Notes: generated from the sequence alone by a model not told the origin. Shown: positions 1 to 9,934, numbered from the stretch's first letter. The stretch: DNA of 64,000 nucleotides from an uncultured Gemmatimonadales bacterium (GCA_963798845.1 CAWCUS010000006.1:64001-128000), one strand, 5' to 3'. Numbers and translations: made by a program.

Positions 1-66
1 CGCGGCGCTCCGACCACGCCCCCGGCCCCGCGTGCCGGGAGCCGTGAATGAGCCGCCCGGCTCCGC

Positions 67-1476
67 TCAGGCGAAGCCGAACAGCGGCGGGAAGAGAAGG
101 GCGACCACGGTCGCCCAGCCGGCGATGACGTAGAGGTAGGACATCTGCCATCCCCACAGGCGCGTGAACGCCGATTCCCCACGAAGGAACCGGGCCTGCA
201 GGAACGCCGAGCCGGCGAGATTCACGAGCAGCACCCCGTTCATGCCCAGCGCCGCCAGCCGGTTGGGAGTCGAGCCGAACTCCGATATCCGTGCCCCGAT
301 GGCCCACAGCGCGAGGGCGTCGACGAGCAACGCGGTGCAGACCAGCGTGAGCTGGATCCAGTCGAGGAGGCCGGGCGCGGCCACGGGATCCCGGGCGGAC
401 ATCGAGTAGAGCAGAAGACCGAACACCACCACCAGCAGGAGGTCGACCGCGATCAGGATCTCCCGCTCCACGTCGATCCCCCTCCCGGTCGCCGCCATGG
501 TCACGACGAAGGAGAGGAGCACCAGCGCGAAGAGGGGGATGAAGATGCGAGCCAGGACCGGCGCCATGTTCTCGATCACCGCCTGCTTCGCTTCCACGAG
601 CCACGTGGCCACCACGGTGGCCCCCGCGAACCCGCAGGGCACGATCCACGTCTGGGCCAGGCGCTCCACGTCAATGCCGATGGCCTGGAACAACGCCAGG
701 GTCAGACCGATGAGCACGCCCCCGCCCAGGGCGATCAGGACGAAGTAGATGAAGAGCTCCCCCGTGAAACGGACGAAGTCCATCCGCCTCTCGCTCCCCC
801 GCCACCGCCCGCCCACGTACGCCACACCCACCGCCAGCCAGAGCGCGATCGGCAGGTGGAGAACGGTCAGCAGCGCGGTATCCGGCTCGCTCCCCGGCGA
901 GCGGGAGAATGGGAAGGCGTTCACGACCACGGCCGCCAGGAGGAAGGCGGCGGCCAGCCACGCCCGCTTCGATGACGGCAGCGGCCGATCCCAGGCGAAG
1001 TACGCCGATATGAACGGGAGCGTGAAGAAACCGATGTTGAGCGGGTAGAAGAGGCTCGCGTCTTCATCGAAGGCGACGCCGAAGAACATGGGCACCTTGA
1101 TCGCCAGCGCCGCCGCCGCCGCGAGAGCGACGGCGACCCACATCGTCCGGGACCCGTAACCACCGGCCGACTCTTCGCCTCCAGCCCCTCCGTCTCCCGA
1201 AAGAACGAGCTGCTTCCACAGGCGATCCGAATGCTCCCGCGCGAATTCCCGGGTCAGCGCATCGATGGCCCCCATGCGCTTGACCGCCACCAGAAACGCC
1301 TCGTCGTCCGAAAGCCCCTGTTCGCCCAGCGTCGACATCTGCTCCCGGAGGTGGTCCTCCATCTCCGCCACGTCCGGCTCCGAGATCGCCCGGCTCCGGC
1401 GGAGGTGCGCACGCCAGGCCTCGACCTGCTCTTCAATGGCATGCACCGGGGGATCATCCGGGCGATTCGCGTCCAT
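67..1476 (-). CDS. Multi-pass membrane protein with N-terminal permease-prefix (HAAS-like) domain; PadR partner
   Basis: N-terminus VEAWRAHL..DVAEMEDHLREQ..GLSDDEAFLVAVKRMG followed by about 11 hydrophobic helices; starts 4 nt downstream of padR. Confidence 0.8.
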   Translation of the reverse strand: MDANRPDDPPVHAIEEQVEAWRAHLRRSRAISEPDVAEMEDHLREQMSTLGEQGLSDDEAFLVAVKRMGAIDALTREFAREHSDRLWKQLVLSGDGGAGGEESAGGYGSRTMWVAVALAAAAALAIKVPMFFGVAFDEDASLFYPLNIGFFTLPFISAYFAWDRPLPSSKRAWLAAAFLLAAVVVNAFPFSRSPGSEPDTALLTVLHLPIALWLAVGVAYVGGRWRGSERRMDFVRFTGELFIYFVLIALGGGVLIGLTLALFQAIGIDVERLAQTWIVPCGFAGATVVATWLVEAKQAVIENMAPVLARIFIPLFALVLLSFVVTMAATGRGIDVEREILIAVDLLLVVVFGLLLYSMSARDPVAAPGLLDWIQLTLVCTALLVDALALWAIGARISEFGSTPNRLAALGMNGVLLVNLAGSAFLQARFLRGESAFTRLWGWQMSYLYVIAGWATVVALLFPPLFGFA

Positions 1477-1480
1477 GTGC

Positions 1481-1861
1481 TCAGCCCTGCCGGGGGTGGG
1501 GAGCCGCTCTCCCGTTGACGCTCCGATATTCGACCATGCCCGACCAGATCTTCCGGAGCGCCTCGTCCACGGTCCGCCACTGGTGGCGCTCCTCTGCCAG
1601 CTGCGCCCGTCCGGCCTTCGTCAGCCTGTAGTACTTCCGCCGCCTCCCCGCTTCCGACTTCTGCCACCGGGATTCCACCAGGCTGGACCGCTCGAGTCGA
1701 TGCAGGACCGGATACAGCATTCCGTCCGTCCACTCCAGCGCCCCGCCGGACAGCTCACGAACCCGCTGCAATATGGCGTAGCCGTAACTGTCGCCCTCGG
1801 CGAGGATCGCCAGAACCAGCGGCGTCGACGACGCGGCTACGAGCTCCCTGTTGATGCTCAT
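1481..1861 (-). CDS. PadR family transcriptional regulator
   Basis: SYGYAILQRVRELSGG..GMLYPVLHRLE..RRRKYYRLT winged-helix signature. Confidence 0.95.
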   Translation of the reverse strand: MSINRELVAASSTPLVLAILAEGDSYGYAILQRVRELSGGALEWTDGMLYPVLHRLERSSLVESRWQKSEAGRRRKYYRLTKAGRAQLAEERHQWRTVDEALRKIWSGMVEYRSVNGRAAPHPRQG

Positions 1862-1953
1862 GAAATCCGCGCCATGCTCCGGCCACGACCGCTGCCCGCA
1901 CCGCCGTGGAACGCCCCGTCCGCGTCGGCCCGGGCTGGAGGCGAGGTTCTATA

Positions 1954-1968
1954 CATAGTGGAACTATG
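1954..1968. promoter_or_regulatory. Putative PadR operator palindrome
   Basis: Perfect inverted repeat CATAGT-GGA-ACTATG in an AT-rich patch about 90 nt upstream of padR. Confidence 0.65.
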
Positions 1969-2131
1969 CATTGAAGGCCTACGCTTCGCAAGCACCTTTC
2001 CGCCACTCGCACCACAGAAATGAGGCGAACGCGTCACGAGCGTCTTGTTCGACCGGAGGAACCGTAGCAATTTGTTGTAATCTCCGGCTTCTGCTGCTGC
2101 CCGGCCGACACGCGACCCACCATGATCGGCT

Positions 2132-3832
2132 GTGGCTCAGCGGTACGTCGTCGCGTCTCCAGGGCCGGAGAGTCCTTTGCAATCCACGACGCTCGGTGGC
2201 GGAGACCTGGCTTCGGCAGCCTCGGAACGGACCCGGTTTCGGATCCCGTTGCGTGACAGCGCACCCCTCTTCGTGCTCTCCCTTTGTGCACGTTTTCTGG
2301 CGCTCCGTTTCTCCACGATCGAGTCGGGCGATTCGGCAGCGCGGGTCTGGCTGGGGTGGCGCTGGCTGGATCACCCGTTCTTCATGACGGACGGGGTATG
2401 GGGTCCGCTTCATTTCTACCTCATCGGCGGCGCTCTCTTCCTGTGGCCGGATCCTGTCTGGGGTCCGACGCTGCTCCACGTCGTCATGGGCGCGAGCGTG
2501 CCGGTCGCGGTCTACGGGCTGAGTCGCGAGATCTTCGACGATCGTCGATCCGCCCTGCTTGCGGGCACCGCGGCAGCCGTCTACCCGACGGCTGTGGCGA
2601 TCAGCGTGGTGGCGGCGTCCGAAACGCCGTTCGTGCTGTTCCTGTCCGTCGGCATGCTCTTCATCGCGCGCACCAGGGCCTCGTCGAGCGCCGTTCGGGA
2701 CCCACTAGTCGCGGGCCTCGCGATCGGGCTGGCGTCGATGCTACGGTACGAGGCCTGGATGCTGCTCCCGTTTCTGACGCTGTTGCTGATCCGGCGGCCG
2801 GCACAGGCAGCGCTCTTCCTCGGTGTCGCCCTGGTTCACCCGGTCGTCTGGATGGCGGGCAATTACCTCGCGCACGGCGACCCGCTCTTCAGCTTCGCGT
2901 GGGCGGCGAGGTACGAGCGGGACCTTATGGGTCACGCCGAGGCGGTCACGCTGACCGGCGTAGCGAGGACCATCGGCCGGCTTGTCTGGACGATCCAGCG
3001 CGGCCTGAGCCTTCCCCTGAGCGCGCTGGCTTTGGTCGGCATCGCGGGGAGCCTGCGTCGTCGCGAGGGGGTCGCGGTCTGGCTGCTCCTCCCTGCGGGG
3101 CTGTTCGTGCTCTACGTCGTGGCGGCGGCCCGTGGATCATTGTTGCTGAAGTGGGAATACACGGTGACGTACGGCATATTGCTCATGCCGCTGGTCGCCG
3201 AGTCGTCTCGTGTGCTGGGCATGAACCGGTGGTCCCGCCCCCGGTTCGTCGGTACGATGACGCTCCTGGTCCTGGCTGTCGGTCTCAGCGCGTACGAGCC
3301 CGCCTGGCAGGTGCTTCCCGGGCGGCGCTTCTTCTTCGCGGACGCGACCCCCGGATTCTTCAAGGAAGCGGAGGCGAAGAGGGTGCTGGAACTCGTGAAC
3401 GCAGGTCGAGCGACCGGTCACGACGCCGCCGTCATTGACTTCTTCGGATGGTCTCCCTCGGCCTACGTTGCGCTCCACACCGGACTCCACCCGAGTCGGC
3501 TCTGCAAGACGAGCGGGGCGCCCAACATCAACCTGGATCCCGCCGACTTCGCACGGTTCGTGGCCGCGAACCCGAAGGGGGTGATGATCACGCGCGATCA
3601 TGGACGCCTCGATTCCATGCTCCAGCGGAAGACGGACGAGGTGGCGCAGCTGGACGATCTGCTGCTCCGGATCAGTCCGGTGGGGGTGGTTCCCTGGACC
3701 ACTGCCCCCGGTGGAGAGCGGGAATCCCTTCACGTGGACCGCTACGAGCTGATCTCCGGGTCGACCGGAACCTCGAGACGGGGCGGCCGGTGCATCTCCT
3801 CCTGCGTCCCGGACTTCTGCGCGGACGAGTGA
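2132..3832 (+). CDS. GT-C fold membrane glycosyltransferase (family 39 / ArnT / PMT-like)
   Basis: ESGDSAAR, WGPLHFYL, ASETPF and MLRYEAW motifs in a multi-TM protein with a soluble C-terminal tail; start uncertain. Confidence 0.7.
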   Translation: MAQRYVVASPGPESPLQSTTLGGGDLASAASERTRFRIPLRDSAPLFVLSLCARFLALRFSTIESGDSAARVWLGWRWLDHPFFMTDGVWGPLHFYLIGGALFLWPDPVWGPTLLHVVMGASVPVAVYGLSREIFDDRRSALLAGTAAAVYPTAVAISVVAASETPFVLFLSVGMLFIARTRASSSAVRDPLVAGLAIGLASMLRYEAWMLLPFLTLLLIRRPAQAALFLGVALVHPVVWMAGNYLAHGDPLFSFAWAARYERDLMGHAEAVTLTGVARTIGRLVWTIQRGLSLPLSALALVGIAGSLRRREGVAVWLLLPAGLFVLYVVAAARGSLLLKWEYTVTYGILLMPLVAESSRVLGMNRWSRPRFVGTMTLLVLAVGLSAYEPAWQVLPGRRFFFADATPGFFKEAEAKRVLELVNAGRATGHDAAVIDFFGWSPSAYVALHTGLHPSRLCKTSGAPNINLDPADFARFVAANPKGVMITRDHGRLDSMLQRKTDEVAQLDDLLLRISPVGVVPWTTAPGGERESLHVDRYELISGSTGTSRRGGRCISSCVPDFCADE

Positions 3833-4161
3833 CGTCGGGCGTATGCGGGATGGCATGGATCGGGCCGTGGGCCCGCGGCCCGAGGCCCGCGTCATGAGGA
3901 GTGCGCTGGCGTTAGCGACAGGGTCCACGGGTCCGCAGCCGTAGACCACGCTCATGCCTCGTGCCCCGGGACCCTCCTGTCGTTCATGACCGAGAGCTTC
4001 CGCCGCACCGTTTGCAGGTCCATCCCGCAGGGAGCGCTCGCCGTGATCCGCACGTTGATCCGGCGGCGGTTGGAGCATCCGCCCCGGAGCGCGGACCGGC
4101 GAAGTGGATTGTGCGCCGACTCGTACTTGCGATATTGAGCCCACCCCGGATGGGAGCCCAC

Positions 4162-5184
4162 GTGTACAGCACCTGCCTCTTCTGCAACTCGGACCTCGGG
4201 ACGAACGGAGTCGTCGAAGCCTTCCCGGTGGGCCGCCGCCTCGCCTTCGATCCACATCGCGGTCGGCTCTGGGTCGTGTGCAGGCGGTGCGAGCGGTGGA
4301 ACCTGTCGCCGCTCGAAGAGCGGTGGGAAGCCATGGAGACGCTCGAAGGGATGTACCGGAGCACGCGCGTCCGCGTATCCACCGAACACGTCGGCCTGGC
4401 CCGACACCCTGAAGGGCTGGAGATGGTGCGGATCGGCAAGCCGCTGAGGCCCGAGTTCGCGGCGTGGCGCTACGGCGACCAGTTCGGCCGGCGACGCAGG
4501 CGCGCGATCCTTTACGGAGTGGGAGGCGCCGCCGTGTTCCTGGGCGTGGTCGTCGGTGGAACGGTCACGGGCGTCATCAGCGGAGGTCTCATCGCGCAAT
4601 CCGGCAACTTCGTCAACATGTGGACCAACCTGCGGACGCGGGTGAAGCTCCGCACGGCGGACGGTGACGTGCTCCGTCTCAAGAACCCCGACCTGCTCGG
4701 GACCCGAATCCGACCCGCCGGGGATGACGTCGGCTTCGCCATCGAGGTGCGCAAGGGCAGGCGAAAGCAGTGGTTCAAGGGCGAGGAGGCACGTCGTGTC
4801 GCGGGGCTGATCCTGCCGAAGATGAACGCCGCGGGTGGGAAGCGCACCACCGTGCTCGACGCTGTCACCCAGATCGAGACCCACACTCACCCGGATGCGT
4901 TCCTCCGGGCCATCGCCGAGGGCCAGCGTTTCACTGACAGGAAGGGCGTGCCGGGCTACGTCAACAAGATGCCAGGAGGCACGAAGCTGGCCGTCGAGAT
5001 GGCGCTCCACGAGGAGTCGGAGCGGCGGGCGCTGGAAGGGGAGCTCTGGCGGCTGGAGCAGGCCTGGCAGGCCGCCGAAGAGATCGCGGCCATTGCCGAC
5101 GACCTCCTCGTTCCCGAGGCAGCCCGCCGGTTCCTCGCCGACGCCGCGGCACGTCAGGCACGCGGAGGGATCGGGCGGCGATGA
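4162..5184 (+). CDS. Hypothetical protein with N-terminal Zn-ribbon-like region and central TM segment
   Basis: MYSTCLFC..VVCRRCERWNL (two CxxC pairs); GGAG upstream of GTG at 4162; good coding bias. Confidence 0.75.
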   Translation: MYSTCLFCNSDLGTNGVVEAFPVGRRLAFDPHRGRLWVVCRRCERWNLSPLEERWEAMETLEGMYRSTRVRVSTEHVGLARHPEGLEMVRIGKPLRPEFAAWRYGDQFGRRRRRAILYGVGGAAVFLGVVVGGTVTGVISGGLIAQSGNFVNMWTNLRTRVKLRTADGDVLRLKNPDLLGTRIRPAGDDVGFAIEVRKGRRKQWFKGEEARRVAGLILPKMNAAGGKRTTVLDAVTQIETHTHPDAFLRAIAEGQRFTDRKGVPGYVNKMPGGTKLAVEMALHEESERRALEGELWRLEQAWQAAEEIAAIADDLLVPEAARRFLADAAARQARGGIGRR

Positions 5185-5265
5185 TCGGGCGGCTGCCTTC
5201 TTGCACAGTCAGAATAGGCGTCGGTCCGTTCACCACCGCCGCCGCCGGTTCATCGAGGGCAGATC

Positions 5266-8200
5266 ATGCCACAACCTGAAACCGTGCCGGATTCGCCTCG
5301 GCCGGACGGCCCGCACGTCCGGCTGGTGGGAATCGGGGCCTCCGCGGGAGGGGTCCGGGCGCTGGGGGAGTTCTTCCGCGCCCTACCCGAGCGGCCGGGC
5401 ATGGCGTTCGTGGTGGTGATGCACCTCTCGCCCGAGCACGACAGCCAGCTCGCGGAGGTGCTCCAGAAGGATTCGAAGATCCCCGTCCGCCAGGTTCAGG
5501 GCCGCACCCGGCTCGAGCGGGATCACGTGTACGTCATTCCGCCGAACCGCAGCCTCGAGCTGACCGACGGCCATCTCGAGCTGTTCGAGTTCACCGAGCC
5601 GCGGGGGCACCGATCGCCCATCGACACCTTCTTCCGCGGGCTGGCTGCGGTCCACCCGGACGGAATCGGCATCCTGCTCTCCGGCTCGGGCACCGACGGG
5701 GTGGTCGGTCTCAAGGCGATCAAGGAGGGGGGCGGGATCATCCTGGCCCAGTCGCCGGAAGATGCCGAATACGACACGATGCCAAGGAGCGCCATCGCGA
5801 CGGGGCTGGTGGACTTCGTGCTGCCGGCGGGGAGGCTGGCCGGGAAGGTGCTGGAGATCCAATCGGCCAAGGCGGCCTGGCAGCTCCCGGACCCCGAAGG
5901 CCTTCAGGCGGATGAAGCGGAGGCGCTGCGCTCGATCCTGTCGCACCTCCAGGCCCGCACCGGCCGTGACTTCCGCGGCTACAAGAAGAGCACCGTGCTG
6001 CGACGGATCGGCCGTCGCATGCAGGTGCACGGAGCGGAGAACTTCGACCAGTACCTGGACGTGCTGCGGGCAAATCCCACCGAGCCGCGGGCGCTGCTGA
6101 AGGACCTCCTGATCAGCGTCACGACCTTCTTCCGGGATCCGGATGCGTTCGCGGCGCTCGAGAACACGGTCCTGCCTGCCCTCTTTCGTGGTGGGCAGCA
6201 TGCGCCGGAGGAGATCCGCGTGTGGGTGCCCGGCTGCGCCACGGGCGAGGAGGCCTACTCGCTGGCCATGCTCGTGGCGGAGCAGGCCGAGCGGCGGGGC
6301 GGCGGCGTGGAATTGCAGGTGTTCGCGTCGGATCTCGACGCCGATGCCCTCGCCTACGCCCGGGAAGGGCTGTACCCGGACGCCATCGCCGGCGACGTGG
6401 GCATGGATCGTCTGAGCCGCTTTTTCCGCCGAGAGGGCGCCTACTACCGGGTGCGCAACGAGCTCCGCGAGATCGTGCTCTTCGCCGAGCACGACCTGCT
6501 CCGGGACCCGCCGTTCTCGCGCCTCGACCTGCTCACCTGCCGGAACCTCCTGATCTACCTCGAGCGCGGCCTCCAGGAGCGGGTGGCGGAGGTCTTCCGC
6601 TATGCGCTCCGCGCTGGCGGGTTCCTGTTCCTGGGCAGCTCCGAGACGCCGCCGGACGACGGCGGCTTCCGGCCCGTCGACAAGCAGTACCGGATCTACC
6701 GGCGAATCGGCGCCGCGGAGCAGTCCGATCGGCTGCCGGCCATGCCCCTCCTTCCCGGGCCTCGACCGCGATCGCCAGGAGACCGGGTGCCACCCCTCTC
6801 TCCGCAGCAGGAGATCGCTGACGCCGCCATGCACCGCCAGGCCCTGGAGGCGCACGCGCCGCCGAGCGTTCTGGTGGACGCGGAGCACACCATTGTCCAT
6901 GTCTCTCCCCGCGCCCGCCGCTACCTCCAGTTCCCGGCTGGCAGCCCGTCGTCGAACCTCCTCAAGGTCGGTCGCCCGGAGCTGCGCTTCGAGCTCCGCA
7001 GCGTCCTGTACCACGCCCTGGAAAAGGAGGAGGCCGCGCGTTCCGGATGGGTGCCCGTGGAGATCGACGGCGAGGCGCGGCAGGTCCAGGTCCACGCGGC
7101 GCCCGCGCCCGTGGCCGATGACCTGCGCCTCGCCCTGGTGACGTTCCTCGAAGCGCCCGCCGAGGGGCGGGGAGAGGGAGAGGGAGAGGGAGAGGGGGAG
7201 GGGGAGGGGGAGGGGGAGGGGGACCGGGCGCGTGGGCGGGCAGAAGACGTGGCCGGCGCGTCACGGCGGCTGTCGGAGATGGAGGCGGAGCTCGAGAACT
7301 CCCGGACGCGCCTCCAGGAGATGGTGGAGACTTCGGAAACCCGTCAGGAGGAGCTTCGCGCCGCCAACGAGGAGCTCCAGTCCATCAACGAGGAATACAA
7401 GTCGACTCTGGAGGAGCTGGAGACGAGCCGGGAGGAGCTCCAATCGTCCAACGAGGAGCTTCGGACGGTGAACGAGGAGCTGAACCGGAAGGTCGCCGAG
7501 CTGGCCAACGCGAACGACGACCTCCGCAACCTCATGGCGGCGACGGAGGTGCCGACCCTGTTCGTGGACCGGTTGCTCCGCGTCCAGCGGTTCACCCCGG
7601 CGCTCCAGGACGTCTTCAACATCATGCCTGTGGACGAGGGGCGGCCGCTGGACCACCTGACCCACAAGCTCGACTACCCGCAGCTCCGCGAAGACTGCCT
7701 GAACGTGCTGAGCCGGCTCCAGCCGAAAGAGCGCGAGGTCGGCAGCGGCAGCGGCCAATCCTGGCTCGTGCGGCTCACGCCGTACCGCTCGGAGGAGGAC
7801 CGGATCGGGGGCGTGGTGATCACGTTCACCGATGTCACGCGCGTGCGGGAGGCACAGGTTTCGGTCCGCGAGAGCGAGGAGCGCTTCCGTGCGCTGGTGG
7901 AAGCGACCGCCGAGATCGTCTGGACAGCCGATCCCGAAGGCGTCGTGGTGCGGGACTCCCCCAGCTGGCGGGCGTTCACCGGGCAGGCCGTGGAGGACCG
8001 GCTGGAATGGGGCTGGCTCGACGTCGTCCACCCGGAGGAACGGGAGTCGGCCCGGGCCGCGTGGCAGCGAGCGGTCTCCGAAGGCCGTGCGCTGGACAGT
8101 GAGGTCCGCCTCTGGCACGCGCCCTCACAGAGCTGGCGGCTGACGGCGGTCCGGGCGGTTCCGGTCCTCGACTCCGACGGCCGGACCCGGGAGTGGGTGG

Positions 8201-8988
8201 GCATGAACACGGACATCACCGAGGAGCGGGAACGGCAGGAAGACCTCCGTCAGGCGAAAGCTGCCGCCGAGCGGGCGGCCGAGGTGAAGAGCCAGTTCCT
8301 GGCCACCATGAGCCACGAGCTCAGGACGCCGCTGACGGCGGTGATCGGGATGGCGGACCTCATGGAGACCGAGGTGGTCGGCCCCATGAACGAGACGCAG
8401 AAGAAACACCTCCAGCGCATGAAGAAGGCGGCCTGGCACCTGGTCAACATCATCGAGGAAGTGCTGGCCTTCTCCCGTTCGGAAGCCGGGCGAACGCAGC
8501 TCCATCGGACCACCATCGACCTCGCCGCCATCGCCAGAGAGGTCGTGGACGTGCTGGCGGTCGAAGCGGACGAGAAGGGGCTCCGGCTGAGGATCGAGGG
8601 GGCCGACCGTCCCGAGTTCCTGTTCGGCGACGGGGGCAAGGTCCGGCAGGTCGTCACCAACCTCGTCGGCAACGCCCTCAAGTTCACCGATGACGGTGAG
8701 GTCGTGGTCCGGATCGAGCTCCGGGACCGGGACGCCATCGCGCTGACGGTGGCGGACACCGGCCCCGGGATTCCGCCCGAGGTGCGAGAGGAGGTCTTCG
8801 AGCCTTTCCGGCAGGGTGACAACACCGCGACCCGTTCGAAGGGCGGCGTGGGTCTGGGACTGGCGGTGTCCCGCCGCCTCGCGCGCCTGATGGGCGGCGA
8901 CATCGAGCTGGAGAGCCTGCCGCGGGACGGCGCGACCTTCACGCTGACCCTGCCGCGCGAGCCGGACGTCGGCGGCGACCGGGAATAG
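5266..8988 (+). CDS. CheB methylesterase-CheR methyltransferase-PAS-histidine kinase fusion
   Basis: GIGASAGG/VMHL/GTDG (CheB), VTTFFRD/WVPGCATGEEAYS/CRNLLIY (CheR), coiled coil EELQSSNEEL, PAS domains, SHELRTPL H-box, NALKFT/DTGPG/GLGL HATPase. Confidence 0.95.
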   Translation: MPQPETVPDSPRPDGPHVRLVGIGASAGGVRALGEFFRALPERPGMAFVVVMHLSPEHDSQLAEVLQKDSKIPVRQVQGRTRLERDHVYVIPPNRSLELTDGHLELFEFTEPRGHRSPIDTFFRGLAAVHPDGIGILLSGSGTDGVVGLKAIKEGGGIILAQSPEDAEYDTMPRSAIATGLVDFVLPAGRLAGKVLEIQSAKAAWQLPDPEGLQADEAEALRSILSHLQARTGRDFRGYKKSTVLRRIGRRMQVHGAENFDQYLDVLRANPTEPRALLKDLLISVTTFFRDPDAFAALENTVLPALFRGGQHAPEEIRVWVPGCATGEEAYSLAMLVAEQAERRGGGVELQVFASDLDADALAYAREGLYPDAIAGDVGMDRLSRFFRREGAYYRVRNELREIVLFAEHDLLRDPPFSRLDLLTCRNLLIYLERGLQERVAEVFRYALRAGGFLFLGSSETPPDDGGFRPVDKQYRIYRRIGAAEQSDRLPAMPLLPGPRPRSPGDRVPPLSPQQEIADAAMHRQALEAHAPPSVLVDAEHTIVHVSPRARRYLQFPAGSPSSNLLKVGRPELRFELRSVLYHALEKEEAARSGWVPVEIDGEARQVQVHAAPAPVADDLRLALVTFLEAPAEGRGEGEGEGEGEGEGEGEGDRARGRAEDVAGASRRLSEMEAELENSRTRLQEMVETSETRQEELRAANEELQSINEEYKSTLEELETSREELQSSNEELRTVNEELNRKVAELANANDDLRNLMAATEVPTLFVDRLLRVQRFTPALQDVFNIMPVDEGRPLDHLTHKLDYPQLREDCLNVLSRLQPKEREVGSGSGQSWLVRLTPYRSEEDRIGGVVITFTDVTRVREAQVSVRESEERFRALVEATAEIVWTADPEGVVVRDSPSWRAFTGQAVEDRLEWGWLDVVHPEERESARAAWQRAVSEGRALDSEVRLWHAPSQSWRLTAVRAVPVLDSDGRTREWVGMNTDITEERERQEDLRQAKAAAERAAEVKSQFLATMSHELRTPLTAVIGMADLMETEVVGPMNETQKKHLQRMKKAAWHLVNIIEEVLAFSRSEAGRTQLHRTTIDLAAIAREVVDVLAVEADEKGLRLRIEGADRPEFLFGDGGKVRQVVTNLVGNALKFTDDGEVVVRIELRDRDAIALTVADTGPGIPPEVREEVFEPFRQGDNTATRSKGGVGLGLAVSRRLARLMGGDIELESLPRDGATFTLTLPREPDVGGDRE
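7171..7224 (+). repeat. Hexanucleotide microsatellite (GGAGAG)4(GGGGAG)4 encoding (GE)8-GD
   Basis: Read directly from the sequence; lies in the linker between PAS and coiled coil. Confidence 0.9.
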
Positions 8989-8998
8989 CCTCCGGATC

Positions 8999-9694
8999 GT
9001 GTCCACCATCACCTCCGACCTCTCGCCCGATCCGCAGCTCCAGGCACTGGCCCGCGAAGCACTGGCGCTGCTCAGAGATCATCTCCACGTCCGGCATTTC
9101 CGAAAGGGCAATCTGCTCTGGCGCGAGGGGGACACGTCCGGGATGCTGGTGTCCCTGCGCTCGGGGCGCGTGAAGATCTACCGGCGTCTGGGCGGCGATC
9201 GGGAAGCCACCCTCTTCCTCTTCGGGCCCGGCGACCTGTTCGGGTTCCTGCCGTTCATCGACGGTGAGGCGTATCCGGCCTCAGCCCGCGCCATGGACGA
9301 TGTGGAAGCGGACGTCATGGCCCGGTCCGCGCTCCTGGAAGTGCTGAGAGCGCAGCCGGAGCTGGGGATCACCCTCATCGGGCTCCTGGGCGGGCGCCTG
9401 CGTGCCTCCTTCGACCTGATTCGCTCGCTCTCGACCCCCAGCGCCCGCGTCCGGGTAGCGCGAGCGCTGCTCGAACAGATCCAGCATTCCACCTCAGGAT
9501 CGGCACACCCCCTCATCACGCTCCCCGTCTCCAACCAGGAGTTTGCCAGCGCACTGGGGATCGTGCCCGAGACTCTGTCCCGCACCCTGACCGGCCTGGT
9601 CGAGGGCGGCGTGCTGGAGCGCACAGGCTCCGGCGACTACCGGGTCCTGGACCTGGCCGGACTCACGCGCGCTTCCGAGCCTGCGGCGGAGTAG
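8999..9694 (+). CDS. Crp/Fnr family transcriptional regulator
   Basis: cNMP-binding-like domain (SGRVKIY, PGDLFG, YPASARA) and HTH with PETLSR; no Cys residues. Confidence 0.92.
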   Translation: MSTITSDLSPDPQLQALAREALALLRDHLHVRHFRKGNLLWREGDTSGMLVSLRSGRVKIYRRLGGDREATLFLFGPGDLFGFLPFIDGEAYPASARAMDDVEADVMARSALLEVLRAQPELGITLIGLLGGRLRASFDLIRSLSTPSARVRVARALLEQIQHSTSGSAHPLITLPVSNQEFASALGIVPETLSRTLTGLVEGGVLERTGSGDYRVLDLAGLTRASEPAAE

Positions 9695-9699
9695 AGCCC

Positions 9700-9760
9700 G
9701 CCCGGCCAGTGCGCCGTGGGATGGCCGCCCGGCCAGGGCGCCGTGGCATGGCCACCCGGC
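9700..9760 (+). repeat. 27-bp intergenic tandem repeat, two copies plus a partial
   Basis: GCCCGGCCAGTGCGCCGTGGGATGGCC / GCCCGGCCAGGGCGCCGTGGCATGGCC / ACCCGGC; the two full copies match at 25 of 27 positions. Confidence 0.8.
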
Positions 9761-9796
9761 TGCGCCGCGAAGGGCCCCGGCCGCCACTCACCACGG

Positions 9797-9810
9797 TTGA
9801 TCCCGGTCAA
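9797..9810. promoter_or_regulatory. FNR/DNR-type binding box
   Basis: TTGAT-CCCG-GTCAA versus consensus TTGAT-N4-ATCAA; lies between the crp/fnr gene and fmdE. Confidence 0.8.
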
Positions 9811-9934
9811 TGCGTGTCCGCCCCACGACCGCCAGGTTCGTGTGCACGGGCCGAGCGGCGGCCCGGCGGGAGCGACTCGCGTTGCGGGCGAGGCCCGCTT
9901 CCGTTGATCCGGAGGACGACGTGGAGGAGCGACA

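Noticed and set aside
5266..8988. Chemotaxis locus
   Set aside because: There are no cheA, cheW, cheY or MCP genes; CheB-CheR kinase fusions are generally not part of flagellar chemotaxis.
9700..9760. 27-bp repeat as a mini-CRISPR or IS end
   Set aside because: It is a direct tandem with no spacer, has only about 2.3 copies, and there is no transposase.
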